A DNA stretch of 52,380 nucleotides from positions 1-52,380 of the forward strand of contig DAOVAR010000002.1 in NCBI GenBank assembly GCA_030670905.1. The letters are read 5' to 3'. This document shows, one piece after another, positions 1 to 8,643 of this stretch (positions within the stretch are counted from its first letter, which is position 1; each line of letters starts with the position of its first letter). The notes beneath the pieces are model-generated. The model saw nothing but the letters and a program-made list of their open reading frames with translations, made no database searches and was not told where the DNA came from. Made by a program: the position numbers and the translations under genes. The stretch comes from Candidatus Bipolaricaulota bacterium. Lineage in GTDB: Bacteria; Bipolaricaulota; Bipolaricaulia; UBA7950; UBA9294.

Positions 1-137
1 TCACCTATCACTGTTCCTCAACATCTGGATACCCCCGTATCAAGTACGGGGCAGGCTTATCAAGTCCGGCATGACGGAGTGCATCGTCATTCCGGCGGAC
101 CCCGGATCGGGGTCCAGAGCAGGCGCCGGAATCCAGC
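1..137. repeat. Composite intergenic repeat unit, copy 1. The window begins inside it.
   Basis: Positions 1..99 are base-for-base identical to 282..380, and 125..137 equal 382..394. It contains the hairpin ccccgta/tacgggg (33..51) and an expanded hairpin spanning 91..131. Confidence 0.9.
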
Positions 138-281
138 GTAGTAGTAGCCCTACGTTACTCGCTACTGTTTTTCGGCTCATCACCGTTTCTTGACTCCTGA
201 CTCTCTTTTCACCCATCACCGTTTTTGGGCGTTTCCCATTCAACTATTCAACCCGCCTTTTCTCGGCTCCCGACAGTTCTT

Positions 282-394
282 TCACCTATCACTGTTCCTC
301 AACATCTGGATACCCCCGTATCAAGTACGGGGCAGGCTTATCAAGTCCGGCATGACGGAGTGCATCGTCATTCCGGCGGAAGCCGGAATCCAGC
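282..394. repeat. Composite intergenic repeat unit, copy 2 (period 281 bp relative to copy 1)
   Basis: Perfect 99-nt match to 1..99. It has the hairpin at 314..332 and a clean 7-bp stem with a GGAA tetraloop at 371..388 (ttccggc ggaa gccggaa). Confidence 0.9.
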
Positions 395-415
395 ATAATA
401 GTGGTTGTACGTTGC

Positions 416-471
416 CCACCACTCACTACTCACCACCCACCACTTACCACTCACCGTTTACCGTTCCTGTC
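416..471. repeat. Heptanucleotide tandem repeat, 8 units of the TCACCAC type
   Basis: The units read ccaccac tcactac tcaccac ccaccac ttaccac tcaccgt ttaccgt tcctgtc. This is the reverse complement of the GTGATGA-type tract at 49832..49866. It abuts the nrdG stop codon. Confidence 0.8.
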
Positions 472-472
472 A

Positions 473-1174
473 TTAGCGTACCCCTCCCGCAGGGAAAGCA
501 CTCTTTATCTGGTCCCAAATCGCACCCAACTCTTCCTCCGAAAAAGCTTGCCTATTCTTCCAGGTGGGATCAACCAAGGCTTTGTTCTGTGGTATCACGA
601 ACCGTTGCAGATAGTAACGTTTTGCTCCGGAAATCATAGGAACTGTCTCCTTTATGTCACCAACAGTGATTGTTGGGGCAACGGTTGTGCGAAACTCGTA
701 ATCAGGGGCATCATGTATTATGAGACGGATCGAGTTTTGGATTGCACTGATATCAACGTGGACTCCCGTTAGCTCGTCATATCGCGCTGGTGGGCCCTTG
801 ATGTCCATTGCGACGTAGTCAAGGAGATGGGCTCGAAATAGTGCTTCAAGAATCTCAGGCTGTGATCCATTGGTGTCAAGCTTGACCAGAAGACCGAGGT
901 GCTTTGCGCGGGTAATGAATTGGCCTAAGCCAGGCTGCAGGGTTGGTTCTCCGCCGGTGATGACCAGGGCATCGATGAACTTCTGTCGCTTATGCAGGGT
1001 GGCAAGGATTTCGTTTTCCGCGATGAGGTTGAGCCTTCTCGTTTCCTCTGGCAACACCAATTCTGAGTTATGGCAGAAGGGACAACGAAAATTGCAGGCT
1101 GCCGCGTAGGCCAGTGCCGCAATATGGTCTGGGTAATCAATTAGAGTCATTGGAAGTAGGTGAGCAAATTTCAC
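473..1174 (-). CDS. nrdG: Anaerobic ribonucleoside-triphosphate reductase activating protein (radical SAM)
   Basis: 233-aa ORF with the CX3CX2C radical-SAM motif (CNFRCPFCHN) near the N-terminus. It lies directly downstream of nrdD. The start is GTG at 1174, with an alternative ATG at 1150. Confidence 0.85.
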   Translation of the reverse strand: MKFAHLLPMTLIDYPDHIAALAYAAACNFRCPFCHNSELVLPEETRRLNLIAENEILATLHKRQKFIDALVITGGEPTLQPGLGQFITRAKHLGLLVKLDTNGSQPEILEALFRAHLLDYVAMDIKGPPARYDELTGVHVDISAIQNSIRLIIHDAPDYEFRTTVAPTITVGDIKETVPMISGAKRYYLQRFVIPQNKALVDPTWKNRQAFSEEELGAIWDQIKSAFPAGGVR

Positions 1175-1306
1175 ATGAGATCCCCGCCTAGTATATTAAG
1201 GCTTGGCCGCACATTCTAGGCACATAAGCCCCAGCTCGAACCCTGAGCATTATTTCTCTCTCTCAATACCGAGCCCTGTGCGGGGTGCTTTCCACGTAGA
1301 TTCTCA

Positions 1307-3424
1307 TTACCCCGGACCCGCGAATATCTTTGCAGGTTGAGCGGTTGAGTATACTTTGCGGTCAGCAAACTCGGCGCGTTTCCCGTCATTCCACTGCTCT
1401 ACCGGTCTCAGGTATCCAACTATGCGGGAGTAAACCTCGGTGTGCGCGCCACATAGCGGACAACTTTCCTGCTCTCCTGCAAGGTATCCATGCCCCGCAC
1501 AAATAGAGAAAGTCGGCGTAAGGGTATAGTAAGGGAGATGGAAGCCCTCGGCTATCTTTCGTACTAGTTGCTTGGTTGCCTCGGGGCTTGGCAAATGCTC
1601 GCCAAGGAATCCATGAAAGACCGTTCCGCCGGTGTAGCGAGTCTGTAATGGATCCTGCAGCTGTAGTGCTTGGAATAGATCGTCGGTCAACCCGACAGGT
1701 AAATGAGTGGAGTTGGTGTAGTATGGCTCCTTGCCCCCATAACGCTCCAGGGTGTACATACGAATACTCGGATAGCGATCGAGGTCTTTCCTTGCTAAGC
1801 TGTAGCTCGTTCCTTCGGCTGGAGTTGCCTCTAGGTTAAAGATTTCGCTGGTTTCCTCCTGAAAAGTCCCCAGCTTTTCTCGCATGAAGTCGAGCGTTCT
1901 TAGGGCGAAGGCTTGTCCGACAGGATCAGCGATCGAAAGGCCGTACAAGTTGAGTAGGGCATCATTCATTCCAATTAGGCCAATTGTGGAGAAGTGATTT
2001 CTCCAGTAACCTCCTGTGCTTTGCTTGATCTCTTGCAGATAGAACTTTGAATAGGGGTAAAGCCCTCTTTCTGTAAGGTTCTCCAAAGTCTTGCGCTTAA
2101 TCAACAGTGATTCTCTGGCGCGATCCATCAGATCATCCAAACGATTGAAGAAATCAGACTCGTTCTTAGATAGGTAACCCAGGCGTGGCATGTTGATCGT
2201 TACCACCCCGATCGATCCAGTGAGTGGGTTTGCCCCGAACAGTCCGCCGCCGCGCTTCCTGAGCTCACGATTGTCGATACGAAGGCGGCAACACATACTG
2301 CGGGCATCTTCTGGCTTCATGTCGCTTCCTATGAAATTAGAAAAGTATGGTATCCCATATCTTGCTGTCATCTCCCACAGCGGAGCGAAATTGTCATTTT
2401 CCCACTCGAAATCCTCTGTTATGTTGTAGGTGGGAATAGGAAAGGTGAACGGCCGATCGTGCATGTCTCCCTTAACCATCACCTCAGCAAAGGCACGATT
2501 GAACATGTCCATTTCGTGTTGATAGTCACCATAGACAGAGTCTTGCAGCTTTCCGTCAATAACTGTTGGCTCTCCTCTCATGTAGCGTGGGACCTCTAAG
2601 TCAAAGGTTACGTTGGTAAACGGGGTCTGAAAGCCAACCCTTGTCGGGACGTTCATGTTGTACACAAACTCTTGCAGGTTCTGTTTTACCTCGCTGTAGG
2701 AGAGATTGTCGTGTCGGATGAAAGGAGCAAGATAAGTGTCGAGGTTTGAGAAGGCTTGTGCTCCGGCCGCTTCGCCCTGCAGGGTGTACAAGAAGTTTAC
2801 CACCTGGAGTAGCGCAACGCGGAAGTGTCTTGCTGGTTTGGCCTCTATTTTTCCCCGTACACCGCGGAAGCCACGCATGAGCAAATCATGCAAGTCCCAG
2901 CCCACACAGTAGGCGCCAAGGGTTCCCAGGTCGTGGATGTGGAAGTCTCCCTCAATATGAAGCTCGCGAATCTCCTTGGGGTAGACCTTATTCAGCCAAT
3001 AGCGCGAGATTACTCTATCCGTAATATGGGTGTTTAACCCTTGTAGCGAGTAGGTCATGTTGCTGTTCTCACGCACCCGCCAGTTGCGGTCCTGTAGGTA
3101 GTCTTCCACGAGGGGGATTTCAGTAAGGAGGCCGCGCATTTCGCGCATGTCGGCGTGTTGTTTGCGATATAGAATGTAAGCCTTGGCTGCTTTGATGTAT
3201 CCTGTTTCGATGAGTACTCTTTCTACTGCATCCTGGATTTCTTCTACCTTGGGTGGCTTGTCTGTGAATGTCTTGTAAAGGTACTCCACAACCCGACCCG
3301 ACAATTGCTCAGCCGCTGCTCTGTCAAGGTTTCCTACAGCGTGCATTGCTTTCCAGATAGCAGTTGTGATTCTTCCCTCATCAAAGGGCATTACGCGGCC
3401 ATTGCGCTTAATGATTTTGTCCAA
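1307..3424 (-). CDS. nrdD: Anaerobic ribonucleoside-triphosphate reductase, class III
   Basis: 705 aa. It has an N-terminal ATP-cone (IIKRNGRVMPFDEGRITTAI), a C-terminal Cys pair (CPLCG) and the glycyl-radical tail (SRIVGYLRPV). The start is TTG, preceded by a GAGGGGGG Shine-Dalgarno. Confidence 0.93.
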   Translation of the reverse strand: MDKIIKRNGRVMPFDEGRITTAIWKAMHAVGNLDRAAAEQLSGRVVEYLYKTFTDKPPKVEEIQDAVERVLIETGYIKAAKAYILYRKQHADMREMRGLLTEIPLVEDYLQDRNWRVRENSNMTYSLQGLNTHITDRVISRYWLNKVYPKEIRELHIEGDFHIHDLGTLGAYCVGWDLHDLLMRGFRGVRGKIEAKPARHFRVALLQVVNFLYTLQGEAAGAQAFSNLDTYLAPFIRHDNLSYSEVKQNLQEFVYNMNVPTRVGFQTPFTNVTFDLEVPRYMRGEPTVIDGKLQDSVYGDYQHEMDMFNRAFAEVMVKGDMHDRPFTFPIPTYNITEDFEWENDNFAPLWEMTARYGIPYFSNFIGSDMKPEDARSMCCRLRIDNRELRKRGGGLFGANPLTGSIGVVTINMPRLGYLSKNESDFFNRLDDLMDRARESLLIKRKTLENLTERGLYPYSKFYLQEIKQSTGGYWRNHFSTIGLIGMNDALLNLYGLSIADPVGQAFALRTLDFMREKLGTFQEETSEIFNLEATPAEGTSYSLARKDLDRYPSIRMYTLERYGGKEPYYTNSTHLPVGLTDDLFQALQLQDPLQTRYTGGTVFHGFLGEHLPSPEATKQLVRKIAEGFHLPYYTLTPTFSICAGHGYLAGEQESCPLCGAHTEVYSRIVGYLRPVEQWNDGKRAEFADRKVYSTAQPAKIFAGPG

Positions 3425-3952
3425 TATTGTTCCCCCCTCATTGAAAAATGCGTTGATACGTAAGACCGAGCCCAGCGTAGCTTATGGAGCGACATGAAGT
3501 CAACCGTAACTTATTTGGCTATGTAGTAATGAAGTAGTGACTGCCAGGGGATAAGAACAAATGCCATATACAAAAAGGTGATGGAGGTCTAACAATAGTG
3601 CAAGGAGCGATGAGTAGGAAGCGGTAAATGACGGGTTGTAGAAGCAAGGCCAGAAGAACCAAGCACAGGACTAAGGATGCGGGCTATTGATCAAGGTAAG
3701 AACTCCGAGGAACGGTGAATCAAGTTACAGACTCCAAATTATTGAGAAAAACATCACCCCCTAGTCCTGCTTCTGGCGCCGACTCTTAACCGCTGACACC
3801 GGACTGTAGCAGGCAGGTCAGATGAGGAAGGACCTCTCTTGGCTGAATCGCAGAGGAGCTTCAAGTGTAAGGCCGCGGAGCTTGATTTTGCCGTGACCAT
3901 GAGATAAGCTTCTGCAGTACTGAATAATTGGACAATTAGTAATCCAGGAGAG

Positions 3953-4222
3953 GTGATCAAAATACCTAATATTCGTTCAGCAAAGAAGCGTTTGCGGCAG
4001 AGTGGAAAACGTCGAGGACTCAATCGAGCAAAAAAAGCAGCGCTAAAGCGTGTCACTAGACAGATAAAGACCCACCTGGCTGCTGGCGATGGAGATTCGG
4101 CACGCGCGCTCTTGCCCGAGCTTGCTAAGGTAACAGATAAAGCGGCTAAACATCACACGATTCACAAGAATAAGGCCAGTCGAATTAAGTCTCGGTGGAC
4201 GAGGAAGGTGGGAGCAGTTTAA
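3953..4222 (+). CDS. rpsT: 30S ribosomal protein S20
   Basis: The N-terminus IPNIRSAKKRLRQS and the basic helical body are typical of S20. The start codon is uncertain: GTG at 3953 overlaps the GGAGAGG Shine-Dalgarno, so a non-canonical start a few codons downstream is possible. Confidence 0.85.
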   Translation: MIKIPNIRSAKKRLRQSGKRRGLNRAKKAALKRVTRQIKTHLAAGDGDSARALLPELAKVTDKAAKHHTIHKNKASRIKSRWTRKVGAV

Positions 4223-4233
4223 GGGAGGTTTGC

Positions 4234-5133
4234 GTGCGACAGTACGATTTTCTTGGCAAAGCAAAGTACTTGGTTCCCGTCTCCATCATTCTCGTAGTGG
4301 CGAGCATTGTTCTCCTGATCCCTCAAGTGCGAGGTCTAAACCCAGGGATTGAGTTTACGGGTGGCACCGAATTCACAGTTAAGTTTGCAGGGCCAGTAGA
4401 AATAGCTGATTTGCGTAGCGTATTGGCCGGGCTTTCCCTTGAGAGTACGGATTTAGGAAAGAGCGCTATCCAGGATGTTTCTGGCAAGAACACCAAGGTT
4501 ATCACAACGCAGTTGGACGTGGAAGCCAATCAGTCGACAATTGATCAGATCGAAAAGACGATAATAGCTCAATTTGCAGTGGAGGATATCAACCGCCGCT
4601 CAATTGGTAAGCAGGTTAGCCGGGAGCTAGCTCAAAAGGGTTGGCAAGCTGTGTTGCTTGCTCTGGTGGTGATACTGGTCTACGTCTCGTGGCGATTTCG
4701 CTTGCGGTACGCTATTGGCGCTGTGGTGGCAGTTATGCATGACGTGATAATCGCAATGGGTATCTTTGCTCTTTTCAGGATTCAAGTGAACCTAGCTACA
4801 ATTGCTGCTTTCTTGACTATAGTTGGGTATTCACTTAATGATACAATAGTTATCTTTGACCGCATTCGTGAGAATATTAAGATAAACAAGAAAAGGTCGA
4901 TCTTTGATACAATCAACCTCAGCGTCAATCAATCATTGACTCGGACCCTAAACACTTCGTTTACGACTTTTATTCCCGTCTTGATCCTATTCCTGTTTGG
5001 AGGAACGGTTTTGCGCGGATTCTCTGTGGCTCTTTTTATTGGGGTGGTTGTAGGCACGTATTCTTCTATGTACATAGCTAACCCAATTCTCTACGCGTGG
5101 ACGCTCAGGGCAGGTGGGGCGAAGAAGGGTTAA
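4234..5133 (+). CDS. secF: Protein translocase subunit SecF
   Basis: The N-terminus is YDFLGKAKY..., followed by GIEFTGGTEF and six C-terminal TM segments with LNDTIVIFDRIREN. GTG at 4234 follows an AAGGGAGG Shine-Dalgarno. The ORF track begins earlier, at 4195. Confidence 0.85.
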   Translation: MRQYDFLGKAKYLVPVSIILVVASIVLLIPQVRGLNPGIEFTGGTEFTVKFAGPVEIADLRSVLAGLSLESTDLGKSAIQDVSGKNTKVITTQLDVEANQSTIDQIEKTIIAQFAVEDINRRSIGKQVSRELAQKGWQAVLLALVVILVYVSWRFRLRYAIGAVVAVMHDVIIAMGIFALFRIQVNLATIAAFLTIVGYSLNDTIVIFDRIRENIKINKKRSIFDTINLSVNQSLTRTLNTSFTTFIPVLILFLFGGTVLRGFSVALFIGVVVGTYSSMYIANPILYAWTLRAGGAKKG

Positions 5134-6857
5134 TGAAGTCTCTTATCCATCCGGGGAAGGAATGGAAGCTCTCTGCTTGTCCAAGTGATAGCCTGATTCA
5201 CGAGATTCAGAAAGCAATTCCCTGTAAACGGCCGTTTGCTGTCTTGCTCGCGCAACGTGGCGGGCAGAAATGGGAGACACTGATGAATCCTTGTTCTCGG
5301 GATCTTCATTGCTCTTCTCTGATGCTGGGAGTGGAAAAGGCCGTCTCCCGATTGATACAGGCAATTGAGAAGAAGGAAAAGGTATTCATCCACGGAGATT
5401 TTGACGTAGACGGCTTGAGTGGAGCAGCCGTCGTTTACAAGGGCCTGTTACCTCTGTTCCCCAAAGAAACAATAAAGGTTGAGGTCGGTACTCGTAAGCA
5501 AGGGCACGGCTTGTCAGTCGGTTTTGTGCATCGGGCGATAGGCGGGTTGTTTTCACTTGTTATCACTGTTGATTGTGGGATCTCCAACGGGGAAGAGATT
5601 TCCGAGCTACGTGATGCGGGGATTGACACAATAATCACGGATCACCATCTGCCCAGCGGGGGGCAACTGCCTCCGGCTGTGGCCATCCTTGATCCGCATC
5701 AGGCGGGTGAAACATACCCTAACTGTGATTTGGCCGGAGTGGGTGTGGCCTACAAGTTGATCTGCGGGCTGTATAAACAACTAGGGCGAGAAATTCCCTA
5801 TTCTTTTCTGGATTTGGTTGCTCTGGGAACGATTGCCGACCTTGTTCCCCTTGCCAGGGGCTCAGAAATGGAGAACCGGGCGATAGTACAGGAGGCGTTT
5901 TCACTGTTAGCCAGCGGTACGGGATCTTCACTGGGCCTACGCGTATTGATGGATAGAATGTCGGTTAACGCAAGGAGAGTGACAGCCAGAGACATTGCTT
6001 ACATCATTGTTCCCAAGCTAAACGCGGCGAATCGCGCTGGTGATCCTAAGGTGGCTTTTCTTCTTCTTTGCACCGAAAAGCAGAAGAGCGCGAGATATCT
6101 AGTCGAGATCCTACTAGACTACAATCGCGATCGTGAGATCGCGCAAGATTATTTGTTAGGTCAGGCTGAGGAGAAGATAGTAGAAGAAGGAACAGACCCG
6201 ACAAGGGATGGCATCGTCATTCTTGCTGGAACGTATTGGAATGAAGGGATACTAGGGCTTGCGGCTTCTAGGCTAGTCGATCGTTATCATGTTCCGGTAG
6301 TTGTTGTATCTCGTGGAGATCGAATAAGTCGCGCATCTTGCCGGAGTATAGAAGGATTTGATATGGCGGAATGCCTTGAGGCACATTCCGATCTGCTTAT
6401 CCGTCATGGTGGGCACAAGATGGCAGCGGGGTTTTCGGTTTCGAATGATCTGCTTCCCGTATTGCGCAAGCGACTTTTGCTTTATGCCGCAGAAAAGAAT
6501 CTGGCTCCTTTGCCCGCGGCTAACAGCATTGATGTGGAGGTTGTCCCTGATGGGATCGATATACAGCTCCATACTAACCTGCGCTCGTTAGCTCCTTACG
6601 GCCAAGGTAATCCGTTGCCCATCTTTCTCTTACGGGGATGTTCATTCGACGGTCTCGCTCTGGTGGGCGCACGAAAGCAACACCTAAGGGGAAAGGTTGC
6701 GTGTGATGGATCACGGGTTCCATTTATTGCTTTCCGGATGTCAAGGTATGTCAATGCCTTCGACAACGCATGTGACGTTGCCGTTGTTTTTAGGACGGGA
6801 TTCGATCGCTGGCATAAAGAAGTGCAACTAGAAGTTATTGACTTGGTGGAAAACTAA
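5133..6857 (+). CDS. recJ: Single-stranded-DNA-specific exonuclease RecJ
   Basis: DHH-family motifs are present: HGDFDVDGLSG, VDCG and ITDHH. The ATG overlaps the secF stop (TAATG). Confidence 0.88.
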   Translation: MKSLIHPGKEWKLSACPSDSLIHEIQKAIPCKRPFAVLLAQRGGQKWETLMNPCSRDLHCSSLMLGVEKAVSRLIQAIEKKEKVFIHGDFDVDGLSGAAVVYKGLLPLFPKETIKVEVGTRKQGHGLSVGFVHRAIGGLFSLVITVDCGISNGEEISELRDAGIDTIITDHHLPSGGQLPPAVAILDPHQAGETYPNCDLAGVGVAYKLICGLYKQLGREIPYSFLDLVALGTIADLVPLARGSEMENRAIVQEAFSLLASGTGSSLGLRVLMDRMSVNARRVTARDIAYIIVPKLNAANRAGDPKVAFLLLCTEKQKSARYLVEILLDYNRDREIAQDYLLGQAEEKIVEEGTDPTRDGIVILAGTYWNEGILGLAASRLVDRYHVPVVVVSRGDRISRASCRSIEGFDMAECLEAHSDLLIRHGGHKMAAGFSVSNDLLPVLRKRLLLYAAEKNLAPLPAANSIDVEVVPDGIDIQLHTNLRSLAPYGQGNPLPIFLLRGCSFDGLALVGARKQHLRGKVACDGSRVPFIAFRMSRYVNAFDNACDVAVVFRTGFDRWHKEVQLEVIDLVEN

Positions 6858-8554
6858 CCATTCTCTTCGCTAATGGAGATGAAGGCAAATAGATCTAGGA
6901 CGAGACGGGCTACAAGGACCCTGGCAATGAAGATTGGTATTGTAATAGCGCTCTTGATTCGATATGGTTGGTGCAACAGGCGGTATAACCATTCTAGACC
7001 CATCCGTTGCCAGTGAATCGGCGCTCGTCTGCAATTGCCGGCAAACACATCGAGCGCTCCTCCAACCCCGAGCATCAGAGGTACATGAAGCCTATCTTTG
7101 TGCCTGGCCATCCATAACTCTTGCTTGGGAGCTCCCATTCCTACTAGAAGAATATCTGGGGTTGCTTGTGCAATTGTTCTTATTATCGTTTCATCGTCGT
7201 CGAAGTAGCCGTGATGGGCGCCCACAATAGCAAGGCTGGGGAAGCGCTCTTTGATCCTGTCTCTTGCTCGCCCCGCTACTCCTTCTCTCCCTCCAAGAAG
7301 GAAGACACGGTAACCTTTTCTGTTTGCGAGCTCTAACAGGCGTTTTGTCAGGTCAATTCCTGTGACTCGTTCTTTGAGTGGTAGGCCAAGCAAGCGGGTT
7401 GCCCAAATGATCCCTACTCCATCTGGAGCTATGAGATCCGCGCTCAGGTATGCCTTGCGAAGGATCTGATTCTTTCTTGCTCGCAGCAAAGCCACGCTGT
7501 CCGGCGTTACGATAACGTGAGGCCGCCTAGGAACGAGAAGCATCTTTTCTAGACGGCAAAGAGCTTCGTCTAAAGCTAGGTTGTTGAATCCTATTCCAAA
7601 AACGAGACGCCGAGATCCCTGCTTAGTTACCCAGCGTTTGGCAAGCCCACTGGAAACAGGCTTACGAAGAAGGTGTACCGCAAACAGGAAGGGTATGACT
7701 CCAGCAGCAAGAAACCCATACGCTGGAGAGAGATGAACACCAAGCACAGCTCCTATGGTGAGAGCGCTTGACAGCACCAATAACAGGAACGCGACTTCAC
7801 CTTGAGTGTACCCCCGGGCAACAAGCCATGGAGGCAGAGGCTTTACCCTGGCTCTGGCCGATCCCTGAGCGATAAGGCCATAAGAGGTGGTCATGATCGG
7901 AAGGGTGATGATAGCAAGTGGAGCTAGTAACGAGAGGGAAATCGGTGTTTTCATGACCCCGCTGATTCCATAGAGCGCCAAACAGAATGCTACTGTGCGA
8001 TGAAGTTTGATCAACAGTCCACGGTGGCCTTGATAGACAGCAACTGCCGTTGCTAACAGAATCCCCAACAGGGCAAATGGGAGGTGAATTGCGATTGGCT
8101 CCAGGCGTGTCTGTGGCGATATCACTGTGAGCAGAATAGCATTGACCACCAGAATAGCATCAAAAGAGAGCTGTAGCGCTGGACGAGGAAGAAGTCGAGA
8201 GAGCTCCTCGCGCGAGCGCATGATGATGAGAATCCAAACGACAGTAACGGGAAGGGAGATCCAGTTAAGGTATATGTACCCACCCGCTGGATTGGTGAAA
8301 AAGTGGATGCGAAAACCGAATAGAACAGCTATAAGGGCTGCAACGAGTCCTTGAAGAAAAGGAGTAACTCCTCGATTGGGTAGATCAAGAGAGAGTACAA
8401 AAAGCCCTAATCCTAGCCCGAGAATCTCTATTCGAGGCCCGACTGTAAATAGCAGCGCTAGTACTGGCAGACACCACGCCGTGCGATGCAGATAACGCGT
8501 ACTTGATATGCCCACCAGTCCGGCTACGGCTGAGGAAACAAGCCCATATATCAT
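6854..8554 (-). CDS. WecG/TagA/CpsF-family glycosyltransferase fused to a roughly 300-aa polytopic membrane N-terminal domain
   Basis: The C-terminal 250 aa are typical TagA/WecG (VTPDSVALL..., APDGVGIIWA, GAPKQELW, GVGGALDVFAG). The N-terminal 300 aa form about 9-10 hydrophobic helices. Confidence 0.75.
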   Translation of the reverse strand: MIYGLVSSAVAGLVGISSTRYLHRTAWCLPVLALLFTVGPRIEILGLGLGLFVLSLDLPNRGVTPFLQGLVAALIAVLFGFRIHFFTNPAGGYIYLNWISLPVTVVWILIIMRSREELSRLLPRPALQLSFDAILVVNAILLTVISPQTRLEPIAIHLPFALLGILLATAVAVYQGHRGLLIKLHRTVAFCLALYGISGVMKTPISLSLLAPLAIITLPIMTTSYGLIAQGSARARVKPLPPWLVARGYTQGEVAFLLLVLSSALTIGAVLGVHLSPAYGFLAAGVIPFLFAVHLLRKPVSSGLAKRWVTKQGSRRLVFGIGFNNLALDEALCRLEKMLLVPRRPHVIVTPDSVALLRARKNQILRKAYLSADLIAPDGVGIIWATRLLGLPLKERVTGIDLTKRLLELANRKGYRVFLLGGREGVAGRARDRIKERFPSLAIVGAHHGYFDDDETIIRTIAQATPDILLVGMGAPKQELWMARHKDRLHVPLMLGVGGALDVFAGNCRRAPIHWQRMGLEWLYRLLHQPYRIKSAITIPIFIARVLVARLVLDLFAFISISEENG

Positions 8555-8643
8555 GACATATCATAGTGGTGATTATGTCTGATAAGAAAAGGAAAGAGGT
8601 CTCTATTCGCAATGCTGTTGGTCACTAGACTGCGTGATAATCG

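Noticed and set aside
190-772. ORFs 190..639 and 401..772 (plus strand) and 40..243 (minus strand) at the left edge
   Set aside because: They are translations of the intergenic repeat units, with repeat-derived peptides such as IPPYQVRGRLIKSGMTECIVIPAEAGIQ and HHPPLTTH, or they run antisense into nrdG. They have no Shine-Dalgarno and no coding-like composition.
3560-3605. Two AT-rich partial palindromes (gccatatacaaa at 3563..3574 and aacaatagtgc at 3591..3601) as tandem NrdR boxes upstream of nrdD
   Set aside because: The match to the NrdR consensus as I recall it (acaCwAtATaTwgtgt) is poor. The centre-to-centre spacing is about 28-29 bp rather than the usual roughly 31-32 bp. This is kept only as something a position weight matrix scan could re-test.
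3700-3730. ggaacggtgaatc...acag as a fragment of a cobalamin riboswitch
   Set aside because: Only a short resemblance to the GGTGAAAATCC segment exists. No B12 box (GCCACTG-like) or flanking conserved helices are present, and it is on the strand pointing at rpsT rather than nrdD.
3800-3860. caggtcagatgaggaaggacc as the SRP (4.5S) RNA helix-8 motif
   Set aside because: It lacks the conserved GGAAGCAGC 3' side and the long closing helix. The resemblance is limited to AGGTCAG...GGAAGGA.
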